DNA from: Spizellomyces punctatus DAOM BR117
Lineage: Eukaryota
Strand: one strand, 5' to 3'
DNA length: 64,000 nt
Assembly (NCBI GenBank): GCA_000182565.2
Contig: KQ257459.1
Numbering within the stretch: the stretch's first letter is position 1; every line of letters starts with the position of its first letter. Both the position numbers and the translations under genes were made by a program. The notes under the pieces were generated by a model. It ran no database searches, was not told the DNA's origin, and worked only from the letters and a program-made list of their open reading frames with translations. Below are positions 38,087 to 48,755 of the stretch, one piece after another.

Positions 38087-38314
38087 TTGTCTTTAAAAGC
38101 GCGTGCGATGGGTGAAACCAGTATAAACAGGCGAGTATCCCCAAACAATAATCCTCAGGTACATCCCTCGGGCATCGTTCGTCACAAAACCCCTCGTCCC
38201 AAAAACCTTCTCAATAAAGAAAACCAACAGCGCAAAAGACCTTGCCAGTGAGTCCAAACCGCAAAATAAAAACCAACGCAGGCCTCGCGGGCCACGCCGT
38301 CGGTGACTTGCAAT

Positions 38315-38341
38315 CCCCCCCCCCCCCCCCCCCCCCCCCCC
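38315..38341. repeat. Poly-C/poly-G tract (27 nt)
   Basis: Uninterrupted C run about 230 nt upstream of the RhoGAP ATG, at the left edge of the repeat island. Confidence 0.95.
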
Positions 38342-38768
38342 TTGCCAATGCCTCCCCCCAGGTTGCACGCGTCCAAGTGTGAAGGCGAGACATGGAACAC
38401 ATTTCCGTTTGTCTCTCCTCCATGTCTCAACGGCATGACCTCTTTTTACACACACGACGACGACATGTTTCCATCTTCGCTACCATCCTCCTATCAAACT
38501 GTTCCTTGCACTCGTAGCAGCCCGCAGCCGGCGCTGCTACAAGCAAGTCACCACCACACGAAGCATTGCACCTTATGAAAATATAAGAGACAACACAACC
38601 AATTTCCCATTCATTGCAAGAGCGTATTCGTAAACTATTCGTGCTGGCTTTCATCAAGGCGAGCAAGCAGGAATAGGTACGAATAGGCAATCCAAGAATA
38701 GAAAATAATTGGTACAAAAGAAAACGATGATAGGCAGGACCAGATGAACGCAAGAATGATGTGACAGA

Positions 38769-38960
38769 GTGACAGATGAACGAATGAATGATGTGACAGA
38801 TGAACGAATGAATGATGTGACAGATGAACGAATGAATGATGTGGCAGATGAACGAATGAATGGTGTGACAGATGAACGAATGAATGATGTGGCAGATGAA
38901 CGAATGAATGATGTGACAGATGAACGAATGAATGATGTGACAGATGAACGAATGAATGAT
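38769..38960. repeat. 24-bp minisatellite x8 (GTGACAGATGAACGAATGAATGAT)
   Basis: Eight near-identical tandem units with 1-2 substitutions. Confidence 0.95.
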
Positions 38961-39540
38961 GCGAGCGAATAGGAAGACGAGCGAATGATAATAGGCATGC
39001 GAGCGAATAGGAAGACCAGCGAACGATAATAGGCACGATGCAGGGTGAGTTTATGGTCATCCCAGGACCAGACGAGCGAACGAATGATGTGAATAGGTAG
39101 AAGCGATCCAATGAATAGGTAGACGAGCGAACGAGCGAACGAGCGAACGAATAGGTAAGGACAACGTCGGCGAACGATGAATAGGAAGACGAGCGAACGA
39201 TAATAGGCACGATGCAGGGTGAGTTTATGGTCATCCCAGGACAAGGCGGGCGAATGAATAGGTAGCCGAACGGACAAGCACATGTGCAGAAGAAAGGAAC
39301 GATCCAGCGCGAACCAATAGGAGAATCTACAAATGCGAATGAACGAATAGGTAGACGAGCGAATGAATAAATAGGGAGTCGAAGGAACCAGTACGAATGA
39401 ACGAATAGGGGAACGAGTGAATGAATGAATAGAGAGTCGAAGGAACCAGTAGATGTCGAGCGAATGACGAATAGGGAGTCGAAGCACGTAATAGGCATGA
39501 CGCAGGGCGAGTTTAAGGTCATCCCAGGAGCAGGCGGGAG
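38961..39540. repeat. Degenerate GAATAGG/GACGAGCGAA-rich repeats including a ~43-bp block x3
   Basis: TAATAGGCACGATGCAGGGTGAGTTTATGGTCATCCCAGGAC at ~39027 and ~39201, with a variant at ~39489, embedded in repeated GAATAGGT/GACGAGCGAAC words. Confidence 0.85.
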
Positions 39541-39840
39541 GTTCATGGTCCAGGACGGTGGCCGGTTTTGAGCCGACAGACGTTACTGACAGAGAAAAAG
39601 CGAGCCGGTCCCACATTCGAGAAGAACAAGATGGTCGCTGGCGGTTGACAAGTACAGCATTGAGGCCGGCCGAGAAGATGATTGTCGTGGCAGCCGTCAA
39701 ATCGCAAGTCGGCGGAGTTCATTCATCTTTGTACAGGCAGCAATGATCAAAAAAGGAAACAAGCGTTAGAAAATGTCAAAAGGCGATGCAAGTAAACGTG
39801 AATACGTACCGTAGCGCTTCTCGCAATGCACCTCTATTGT

Positions 39841-40528
39841 CCGACACTTATGTAACGCCGGTCCTACTGTTCCACCCCCGTCGACCAGTTTCCCGAGATA
39901 ACGAGGATGACACTCCCCGAGAGCTATCGGCATGCAGCTTGCCACCGAGAGCTTCTCTTCGTCCGAAATTTGGTGGAGGATAATTGTCGTTGCAGCGTTG
40001 ATCGGTCAGGGCATGCAGAAGGCGTAATGAAGGGTAAGGATTAGAAGGTGTAAAGGCAAGGCGAAGCCAACAACTTGGATGCATACCGTAGAGCTTGTCG
40101 CGATGCGCCTCTTCGTCCGACACTTATTTAACGACGGTCCAACCTTTCCACCCCCGTCGGCCAGTTTCCCGAAGGTAACGAGGAATGACGTCCCCGAGAG
40201 CTAACGGCAGCTACTACTAGCCGAGAGCTTTTCACGGCTACCTGACGTGACCCACATTCTTTAGCGACGCTGCGGACTCTGCCCCACCCCGCGTCGGCCA
40301 GTTTCCCGAAGGTGACGAGGTTGACTCTCCCCGAGAGCTAACGGCAGCTACTACTAGCCGAGAGCTTTTCACGGCTACCTAGACGTGACCGACTTTTCTT
40401 TAACGACGCTGCGAACCCTACCCGTCCCCCGTCGGCCAGTTTCCCGAAGGTAACGAGGTTTGACGGTCCCCGAGAGCTAACGGCAGCTACTACCAGCCGA
40501 GAGCTTTTCACGGCTGCTAGACGTGACC
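39841..40528. repeat. ~138-bp tandem repeat (3 close copies plus 1 diverged)
   Basis: CGTCGGCCAGTTTCCCGAAGG...CCCGAGAGCTAACGGCAGCTACTACTAGCCGAGAGCTTTTCACGGCT at 40155, 40292 and 40430. A diverged copy sits at 39879, exactly 276 nt (2 units) upstream. Confidence 0.9.
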
Positions 40529-40906
40529 GAATGGGAGATATACACGTCAGATGAAGGGTATACAGCGACGGAACTCGACGGCAGATACTTTCCAAATAGG
40601 TTTGCCGCAGGGCAACAGTCCTTGAAACCGCACCGGTTGGCCGTTAAAGACATGGATGGAGGACGAAGGTCGATGTTTAAACCGTCGAGGTGGTGGAGGA
40701 TGAAGGAGGACTCTTGCGCTGAACCGGTTGGTCGTTGGTTGGTCGTTGGTGGAGGACGATGGTGTAGGAAGGCCGACATCTAAACCGTCGAGGACGAAAG
40801 GCGCACTGGAACCGCAATAAGGGAGGAGTGAGATAGGTTCAAGTGCGCAAGTCGAATTCACCAACTACCTTGGAGGACGACATGTCCTACCTGGGGAGTA
40901 CCGAGG

Positions 40907-42335
40907 TTGCCGTGGTCGCTTCGCACTTGTGGAGTGAGAGACCGTGATCGAGGACTGAAAGGCAAAAGGAGGGTGAAGCATGGGAAGAGTAGAAGCCAAA
41001 GTCGAATGCACCAACTCACCTCAGCCTGGAGCCACCCTGCACTTTACTTCTTTGACGACACGCATTACCAGGCCACCCGCGCCGAGCCGTAACGCGGCCA
41101 ACCGAGCCATTTCAGTTCTTCTTTGACGGCGCGGACCAACAAGCCGAGTCGTGTCGTGAACCATCCGGGCCGTTTCACTTCTTTGACGACGTGGACCAAC
41201 ATGCCGGTCGCGGTGGAGAATCGAGTTGCCGATGGTCGTTGATGATGATGAAGTTGAAGGCCGAGGTCGCCGTGGTCGCTTCGCACTTGTGGAGTGAGAG
41301 ATTGTGATCGAGGAGCGGTGTTTGGGAAGGGTAGATGCAAAAGTCGAACGCTGGCGATGGGCGATGTGCGGGGAGGACGAGAGGCAAAGGCGGGGAAGGA
41401 AGAGAAAGACAGAAATGTTAGACTCTTTTGCAAAACAAAGAAGATGATGCGTATACTTACTTCATCCGCCAATCTTCAGCACCTCCGCCTTGCGCGCTGG
41501 GCTCGGTACGAGCGACGTCCGACGCTGGCTCGTCAGCAGCCTCTCTAGTGAGCCGGGGGTTCGCTTCGCACTTGTGAAGGTCCAGGTCGCTTCGTACTTG
41601 TGGAGTGAGAGACCGTGATCGAGTGTTAGAATCGGTTGAAAACCCTAGAAGGTGATGCGGTTAGAATCGGTTGAAAGCCCAAGAAGGTGATGCGTATACT
41701 TACTTCATCCGCCAATCTTCAGCGCCTCCGCCTTGCGCGCTGGGCTCGGTACGAGCCGACGTCCGACGCCGACTCGTCAGCAGCCTCTCTAATGAGCCGG
41801 GAGTTCGCTTCGCACTTGTGAAGGTCCAGGTCGCTCCGTAGTTGTAAAAGTCGAGGTCACCGTAGTCGCTTCGCGCTTCTGGAGTGAGAGACCGTGATCG
41901 AGTATTAGGATCGGTTGAAAGCCCAAGAAGGTGATGCGCTACTTACTTCAGCCTCTCTAGTGAGCCGAGGGTTCGCTTTGCACTTGCAAGGTCGAAGTCG
42001 CGGAGATCGCCGTGCTTCGCACATGTGAACTGAGAGACCGTGATCGAGCCTGAAAGGCAAAGAGCGTGAAGCATGGGAAGAGTAGAAGCCAAAGTCGAAT
42101 GCACCAACTCACCTCAGCCTGGAGCCACCCTGCACTTTACTTCTTTGACGACACGCATTACCAGGCCACCCGCGCCGAGCCGTAACGCGGCCAACCGAGC
42201 CATTTCAGTTCTTCTTTGACGGCGCGGACCAACAAGCCGAGTCGTGTCGTGAACCATCCGGGCCGTTTCACTTCTTTGACGACGTGGACCAACATGCCGG
42301 TTGCGGTGGAGAGTCGAGGTCGAGTTGCCGATGGT
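40907..42335. repeat. Mosaic of direct segmental duplications
   Basis: ~260-bp near-identical blocks 40956-41218 and 42051-42311. Block ~41445-41625 is repeated at ~41688-41905. About 8 copies of a TCGCTTCGCACTTGTG-like word. Confidence 0.9.
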
Positions 42336-42556
42336 CGATGATGATGATGATGATGATGAAGTTGAAGGTCGAGGTGCCGATGGTCGATGATGATGATGAT
42401 GATGATGAAGTTGAAGGTCGAGGTGCCGATGGTCGATGATGATGATGATGATGAAGGTGAAGGTCGAGGTGCCGATGGTCGATGATGATGATGATGGAAG
42501 TGAAGGTCGAGGTGCCAATGGTCGATGATGATGATGATGATGAAGGTGAAGGTCGA
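42319..42556. repeat. 43-49-bp tandem repeat x5 carrying variable (GAT)n
   Basis: GTCGAGGTGCCGATGGTC(GAT)nGAAGKTGAAG units start at 42319, 42368, 42417, 42463 and 42506. A single copy occurs at ~41221. Confidence 0.92.
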
Positions 42557-43512
42557 ATACTTGAGAGGCGAGTTGTTGAGGGCGAGTTGTTGAGAGGCGA
42601 TGAGAGTGAGGAAAACAGATGAGGAATGAGTGGGGGGGGGGGAACGAGAAAAGGGTGCCTTTTTATAACTTTTGGGGGCCCCGGGGCCCTCGGGAAAAGA
42701 CGGAAGAAAACGAGAAAAAAAACCGGATAGCGTGACCGAAAGCTTCGCCAAAGAAGCACAAGAAGCACACGAATGCATCATGTGTGGAAGGGAGAAGGGG
42801 AGGAACGTGCCGGGCGTAAATTGGCGTAGATTCGAAAGAAAAAAAAGAAAGCGAGGGGGGGGGGAAAGACGCGCTGCGCTCGTTTGGATAAGCCAACTGT
42901 ATGAACGCGTTCTTTATTATATCGCACGTATTGAGCTCGGATGGTTTATGGCGATGGCGAGTAATGGAATGGACCTCGTATATGTGTGTGTGTGAGTGAA
43001 TGATGAGTTTTCCATCTGCTTGTTGGTCGTTGTTTTCGTCGTAAATCTCTTGTGCAGCAAGCAGCGAGCAGCAAGTAGCGAGCAGAAAGTCAAGTGGAGG
43101 AGGGGGAAATGATACGTAGAAGGGGGAGAACAGAGTGGCGCGCGTGTGCCAGGAGAAGGTGAAGAACGCCCAGAAAGAACGCGCGTGCGTGTGTGGATAA
43201 GTGAGGAATGACGCAAAGAAAGAGAAGAAGAAGAAGAAGGAGATGGAGAGATGCAATAAAGAAGATAATTTAAGCAATGTACGCAGTCCAATAACAAGAG
43301 AAAAAAGATGGGGAGGAGAAGGGCGATGAAATTCCCCCCCACAACGAGAAGAGAAATGCAGTAGGAAATATTTGGATTAGAATAGAATAGAAAATAGCGT
43401 TATTTTTGATATTCACAAGAGTGTAAGAGGAAGAGAGATTTCCCATGTGAAAAGAGAGAGAGAACAAGAGAATAAGAGAGAGAGAAAGTGTGGGAATATT
43501 TAGACGAGTATT

Positions 43513-43528
43513 TTCCCACGCGTGGGAA
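43513..43528. promoter_or_regulatory. Perfect 16-bp palindrome TTCCCACGCGTGGGAA (two abutting CSL-type CGTGGGAA sites around an ACGCGT MCB core)
   Basis: Palindrome read directly, with an extra TGTGGGAA at 43489-43496. It lies where a GA-rich tract switches to a CT-rich tract. Regulatory function is inferred. Confidence 0.5.
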
Positions 43529-43869
43529 CTTTTTCTCTTTCTTTCTTTTAGTCTCTCTCTTTTACTCTCTACGCTCTTACGCTCACTCTCACTCACTCCA
43601 TCGGGTATGTTTCTCTCGTTCTTTTGTAAGATTGTATTTGCGTATTCAGTAACCGTCTAGTTCCTTTCCCACAGCCCATCCTTTTACGTCCTTCCTTCTT
43701 GTTACGGTTCCTTTTATCGCAACTCTCGACTTTCCATCACGTCCCACAGTCGTCTGTCTATCCTACCGCCCGTTCGCTTGTTTGACTATGCTCAACAACT
43801 GCCTTCTTTGTAGAATCGTTTTTTGGTTCTTTTCGAGCGAGGTACCAAACGTATCGTAACAAGGCATTT

Positions 43870-45630
43870 ATCGGTCTGCTCGGTTGCAACAGTACAAGGA
43901 TCAGTGCCTTTCAGGTGCTCAACGTTCAAAGCAAGCGTCTGCAAAGCTAGTGTGCTCAAGTCATTTGCGGTTGCACGGGTGCAATATTACAAGATCTCTC
44001 TGCCTTTGAGCTTTCAAGGATTTTGCGATTGCACGGTTGCAAATACTCCAAGATCAGCACTGGAAAGTCTCACGGTCAAGGCCTTTTGCGGTTGCACGGT
44101 TGCAATACTCAAGATTAGCGCCTTTGAGGTGTTCAAGACCAGGCTTCTTAAAAAGTCCATTCAAGGCCTTATCGGTTTGCACGGTTGCAACAGTACAAGA
44201 TCAGCACTTCAAGTGCTCACGGTCAAGACGAGGATTCCCAAGACTTAAATCCAGCGTTCTTGCAAGGGTACCCAAGGCTTTCAGTTGCACGGATGCAACA
44301 GTACAAGATTAGCATCTTTGAGGTGCTCAAGACCCGCATGCTCATTAGCATATGGCAAGGCTTTCGGCTGCACGGTTGCAGCGTAACAAGATCAGTGCCT
44401 TTGAGGTGCTCAAGACCCGCATGCTCATTAGCATACGCCAAGGCTTTCAGTTGCACGGATGCAACAGTACAAGATCAGCACCTTTGAAGTGCTCAAGACC
44501 CGCATGCTCATTAGCATACGCCAAGGCTTTCAGTTGCACGGATGCAGCGTAACAAGATCAGTGCCTTTGAGGTGCGCAAGACCCACATGCTCATTAGCAT
44601 ATGGCAAGGGCTTCGGTTGCACGGTTGCAACAGTACAAGATCAAGCACCTTTGAGGTGCTCAAGACTCGCATGCTCATTGGCATATGCCAAGGCTGTCGG
44701 TTGTACGGTTGCAGCGTAACAAGATTAGCACTTTCAAGGTGTTTACTTTCATGACTCGCATTCCCAAGACTCTCAAAACTGGCTCTCCCCCATTGGCGTA
44801 CCCAGAGCTTTCTATCGGTTTGCACAATTTGTAATGCACCATTAGCGCATTTGAAGTGCTCACGTTTCATGTTTGCATTCTCAACTCTCAAGCCTAGCTT
44901 TTCAGCAACCATATTCAAGGCCTTTGCGGTTGCAGCAATGTGCACCGTAACAAGACTAGCACTTTCAGTGTTCACATTCAAGCTCGCATTCCCAAGACTT
45001 CCAAGGCCAGTGCCGTTCTTACAATCATGCCCAAGACTCGCGGTTGTACGGCTGCATCATACCAAGATTAGCGCCTTTGAGGTGTTTACGCACAAGATTG
45101 CAGTTCCAAGACTCCCAGGTCAAGCGTTCTTGCAAGCGTACCCAAGACTTTCGGTTGCACGGTTGCAACATGACAAGGTCAGCGCCTTTGAGGTGCTCAC
45201 GTTCAAGACTAGCATTCCCAAGACTCCCAAGTCCAGCCTTCTTACAAGGGTACCCAAGACTTTCGGTTGCACGGATGCAATGTTCAAGATGAGCGCCTTT
45301 GACGTGCTCACTTTCAACATTGCATTTCAAAACTTTGCACGAGATTGCATTTCCAAGACTCCCAAGACTGGCATTCCCATTAGCGTAGCCAAGGGCTTTG
45401 CGGTTGCGCCAATATGCAGCATTCCAGGTCAGCACCTTTGAGGTGCTCACGTTACCGACTAGCGCTGCACTGTTGCAGTGCTCCAAGACTGGCACCTTTG
45501 AGATGTTTCCGCTCCAGACTCGCATACCCATTAACGTGTACCCAAGACTCGCATTCTCATTAGCGTTTACCCAAGACTTTTGGGTGCCCGGTTGCAACAT
45601 TACAACATCAGCACCATTGAGCTGCCCATT
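43870..45630. repeat. Hairpin-rich satellite, ~17-18 units (homogeneous 83-bp core at 44281-44720; diverged ~60-135-bp units outside)
   Basis: Recurrent CGGTTGCACGGTTGCAACAGTACAAGATCAGCACCTTTGAGGTGCTCA consensus. Core CAAGAT starts at 44304, 44387, 44470, 44553, 44636 and 44720. Confidence 0.93.
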
Positions 45631-46195
45631 TCTAGACTTTTAATCGTGCACTTGACCAACCTCGTCGCCGCTTGTCGGAAAGCTAAAAGATTCGCCTCCC
45701 CAAGGTCAAGACTAGCTTTCCCACGAGCGTAGCCAAGTGTTTTGCCAACTGCAAGGTTACCAAATGATGAACCTTTTTAGGCCAGCGCAAAAGCAGGTTC
45801 CCAGCAAGTGTTTGCAAGTTTTTTTGCTATGAGGCAGACCCAAAAACCAACCGCCATGGGGCATGCGGCATTTCTTTTCTGTTTGGCCGACCTACGCAAG
45901 TTAAAGTAAATGACCTAACCCTCATGCATGTTTTTGAACATTTTTTAATCCTAACGACGTTTACTTGATCATTTCTCTGTCGGTTATCAGTGCAGGCTTG
46001 TTGCACAATGGTCCGGAACATGCGCTAATGCACACGGTTTTATAAGCAACTTCTTGATGACGTTTCTCTGTTGACCCCACTAGTGTCATGGATAAGAGTA
46101 GAGAAAACCAATATATTATAAGAAGGCAATTTATTTGTCTTGAACGGCTGCAAAAAATCAACGTGTGGGAGCTAGCGTTGCCATTTATTTGTCAG

Positions 46196-46818
46196 TTAGA
46201 TGCCAGTAACACTTTGGCCACTTTCTTCTTGGACAGTTGAACGACCATCCGACGCACCATGTCTATTACAAAACCCTCTTACAAGATATATCCAAAAATG
46301 ATAGACTTGCGAACCCATACTCTTGTTTATGTCAATCATGATACCTCATCCAATGCCTGACCTCCCTCCCAACATCATCCCATGCAACCAGCCCACAATC
46401 TAATTCCCTCCGTACCTTATCCACACCAGCAGGTTTCAAACTCGCACAATGACAAGAAACCGTAACAAGTTGATTTCGAAGAGCCGAAAACGACGGACTA
46501 GGCCTTTCACAATCTTGTACTGACGGAGCCACATACTATTTTTTCAAAAACATACTTAGATCCACTCAAATATATCCATTTAAACAATTATGGATGCCCT
46601 ACCTTGATAGGCCCATAAACCTTTCGCTCAGAAACTTTACAAGCCACACTCTTCAACAACCCTTCCACACGACATAGCCTGCATAATGTTGGATTGGATC
46701 CTGTTACGGGTGTTTTGTGTTTGCAGGGTTGGGTTGGGAGGATTGTGTGTGCGGAGGGGAGGTGCCGGGTTTGGAGGGGGTTTGTTGGGAAGAGCGGGTG
46801 CAAGGGTGGTTGTGGCAT
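46196..46818 (-). CDS. Hypothetical protein, 2-3 exons
   Basis: ORF 46603-46818 joins ORF 46332-46535 in frame via GT-AG intron 46536-46602. A possible third exon ends at 46196. Contains CxH, CxxC and CxC (possible Zn ligands). Confidence 0.55.
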
Positions 46819-47401
46819 GGTGTTTGGATGTGTGTACTTGGGTAGGGTTGTTGTGTGTAAATGTGTTAAAGAAGGTTGTGATATCTGTTTTTTAAAACTC
46901 AGTTTTTTTGCAAGGTTTATGTTCGGACATTTTTTTCTAAATCATCTTGTTTTCATTCGTTTTCCAATTTCTCGAGACATTCCATAAAAGTTATCTGTTA
47001 ATTCTGTAAAACATTATCCATATCGCAATTACCTCAAAAATAAATCCGGAAAGTGTTTGGACAAGTGTAAAGTAAAATGCTGTCAAAACTGTCAAGTGTT
47101 TTTCTAGAATTTGACTCTATATTTCTTGATCAATGTCAATGTACACCATAGCGATATCACACACACAACAGCCAATAACGAAAAACCAAGTCATACAACC
47201 ATTCCAGATATCCAGTAACCATCCCATTCCAACAATCAACGCACTCGCCTCACTCTTCTCCACAATAAAAACAAAAACGTATAGACAAAAAACCAACTAA
47301 AGTTCTACCCATCGGAGCCTATTACGTAAGACAAAAGCCACGACTCCAACACACTACAACAACCTTCAAGCCCCGTTTCCACCACACGTCTTGATCATCA
47401 A

Positions 47402-48212
47402 TATGCCAACGAACCTCGACATTCCACCCGCCCGCTACGGCCACGAACTCTACACCCTCACTCCACACACCCCCGACACAATCCAATCCCAATGCAAAAA
47501 AATAACCACCCACATTCAATCCACGGCCATTCCAACGGGTATACTCGTCGGACGAGGTGTTAATGAGCATTTACGTTGGTACACGCCTCATACACCATCA
47601 ACGGTAGTGGAGTTTGGGGTTTTGTATATCCCGTGTGATGTCTTTGGTGGTGCATTCTCCTCCCCTCCATCACAACAATCAACATTACACAATGATATTC
47701 CACTGCACATTTGGGGATCCATAACCCATCCAACACTCTTAACACACCTCCCCACCACATCCTTCCATTCCCTCCTATTCGACTACTCCACATGGCGATA
47801 CATGACACTCTCACCAACCGTGCTAAAACACTGGCACACCATTCTGGTTGAAGAAGGGTGGATTGGGTTTGATGCCTATGTCGCCAGTGTGCGTGCGGGG
47901 AATGAGGTTGGATACGAGTGGGAGAATCCGACGCATTTGGTTTTACCTTGTGAGGATGTCAAGGTGTTTATCAAAAAGAGGGGCTTGTTGGTGAATCAGA
48001 GGCAGATTGTGTCGGCGCCACTAAAAGGACATGAACAGATGGATCGTCATCCATACTTGGACACGTTAAAGGAATTGTATGAACGGGTGTTTGTTGGGAG
48101 TGGGTTATTTGACAAGGTTGTGTTGAGACGGGATGCCTACCCTGTTCAGACGAGAGGTCATATTGGGGTGTGGTTCCAGGTTTTCAAGAAGAAAAGTGGG
48201 TTGCAAACATGA
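47402..48212 (+). CDS. Hypothetical intronless protein with class I SAM-methyltransferase-like motifs
   Basis: Long ORF with ILVGRG (motif I-like), HIWGSI...LPTTSFHSLLFDYS and VLKHWHTILVEEGWIGF (resembling 'lp..sFD.i' and 'rlLkpgG.l' motifs). The start (ATG near 47403) is approximate. Confidence 0.65.
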
Positions 48213-48601
48213 AAGAGCATCTCCCGTCCCTCACAAACAGCAGAATTACAGAATTTATACATTAAAAAAAACAGACACACAGAGAAGAGAGAAAATTACA
48301 TAAAACAAAAAGCCCATAGTGAAAACCCCCAAAAAGCCGGACAAAACATTGGGAACCTTGATAATCCGTAAATCCCCTTCCAAAACAACAACAACAAGAA
48401 ACCAAGCCAAAAAAAAAAAAAAAAACAAAACCCCATTTTGCATTCACATCAAAACGAAAAGGAAAAAAAAGAATATAGAAAAAAAATTTCACCATCACAA
48501 AATACCATCACATACATCTATGACTGATCCCCAGAACTTGATTCCAATACGGCGCTCACAACAGATAGATTCCCGTCATGCTTTACCTCTCCATCCGTCG
48601 T

Positions 48602-48706
48602 CCCATCCACAGCCGTCCCATTCGCAGTCGTCCCATCCGCAGTCGCCCCATCAACAATCGTCCCACCCGCAGTCGTGCCATCCGCTGCCGGCCCATCCAC
48701 AGGCGT
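48602..48706. repeat. 15-bp tandem repeat x7 (encodes T-x-A/V-D-G on the minus strand)
   Basis: cccatccacagccgt-like units. Confidence 0.85.
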
Positions 48707-48755
48707 TTCGGTGGCTTCCTGACCTGCAGCAACATCTTGTACCTCACTACTCCCC

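Noticed and set aside
38635-39700. 303-aa and 348-aa minus-strand ORFs as proteins
   Set aside because: Two overlapping frames are both open because the pyrimidine-rich repeats lack stops. The translations are low-complexity with no domain.
42114-42781. Poly-His/poly-Ser/poly-Ile ORFs
   Set aside because: These are translations of (ATC)n in repeat units of 3n+1 length, and all three frames give the same rotating pattern.
43870-45630. CRISPR array
   Set aside because: Eukaryotic context with no cas genes. The inter-repeat segments are homologous to each other and very variable in length, so they are not unique spacers.
43823-45643. Many short ORFs over the satellite
   Set aside because: The 83-bp unit shifts frame at every copy, so the ORFs are by-products of the repeat.
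45912-45925. Telomerase RNA template-like CTAACCCT
   Set aside because: Too short and imperfect, also matches the common branch-point word CTAAC, and has no supporting structure.
38300-46190. Autonomous transposon, Fanzor/TnpB, Helitron or endogenous virus
   Set aside because: No transposase, RuvC, RT, Rep/helicase or capsid motifs were found, and no terminal inverted repeats, LTRs or TSDs could be identified by eye.
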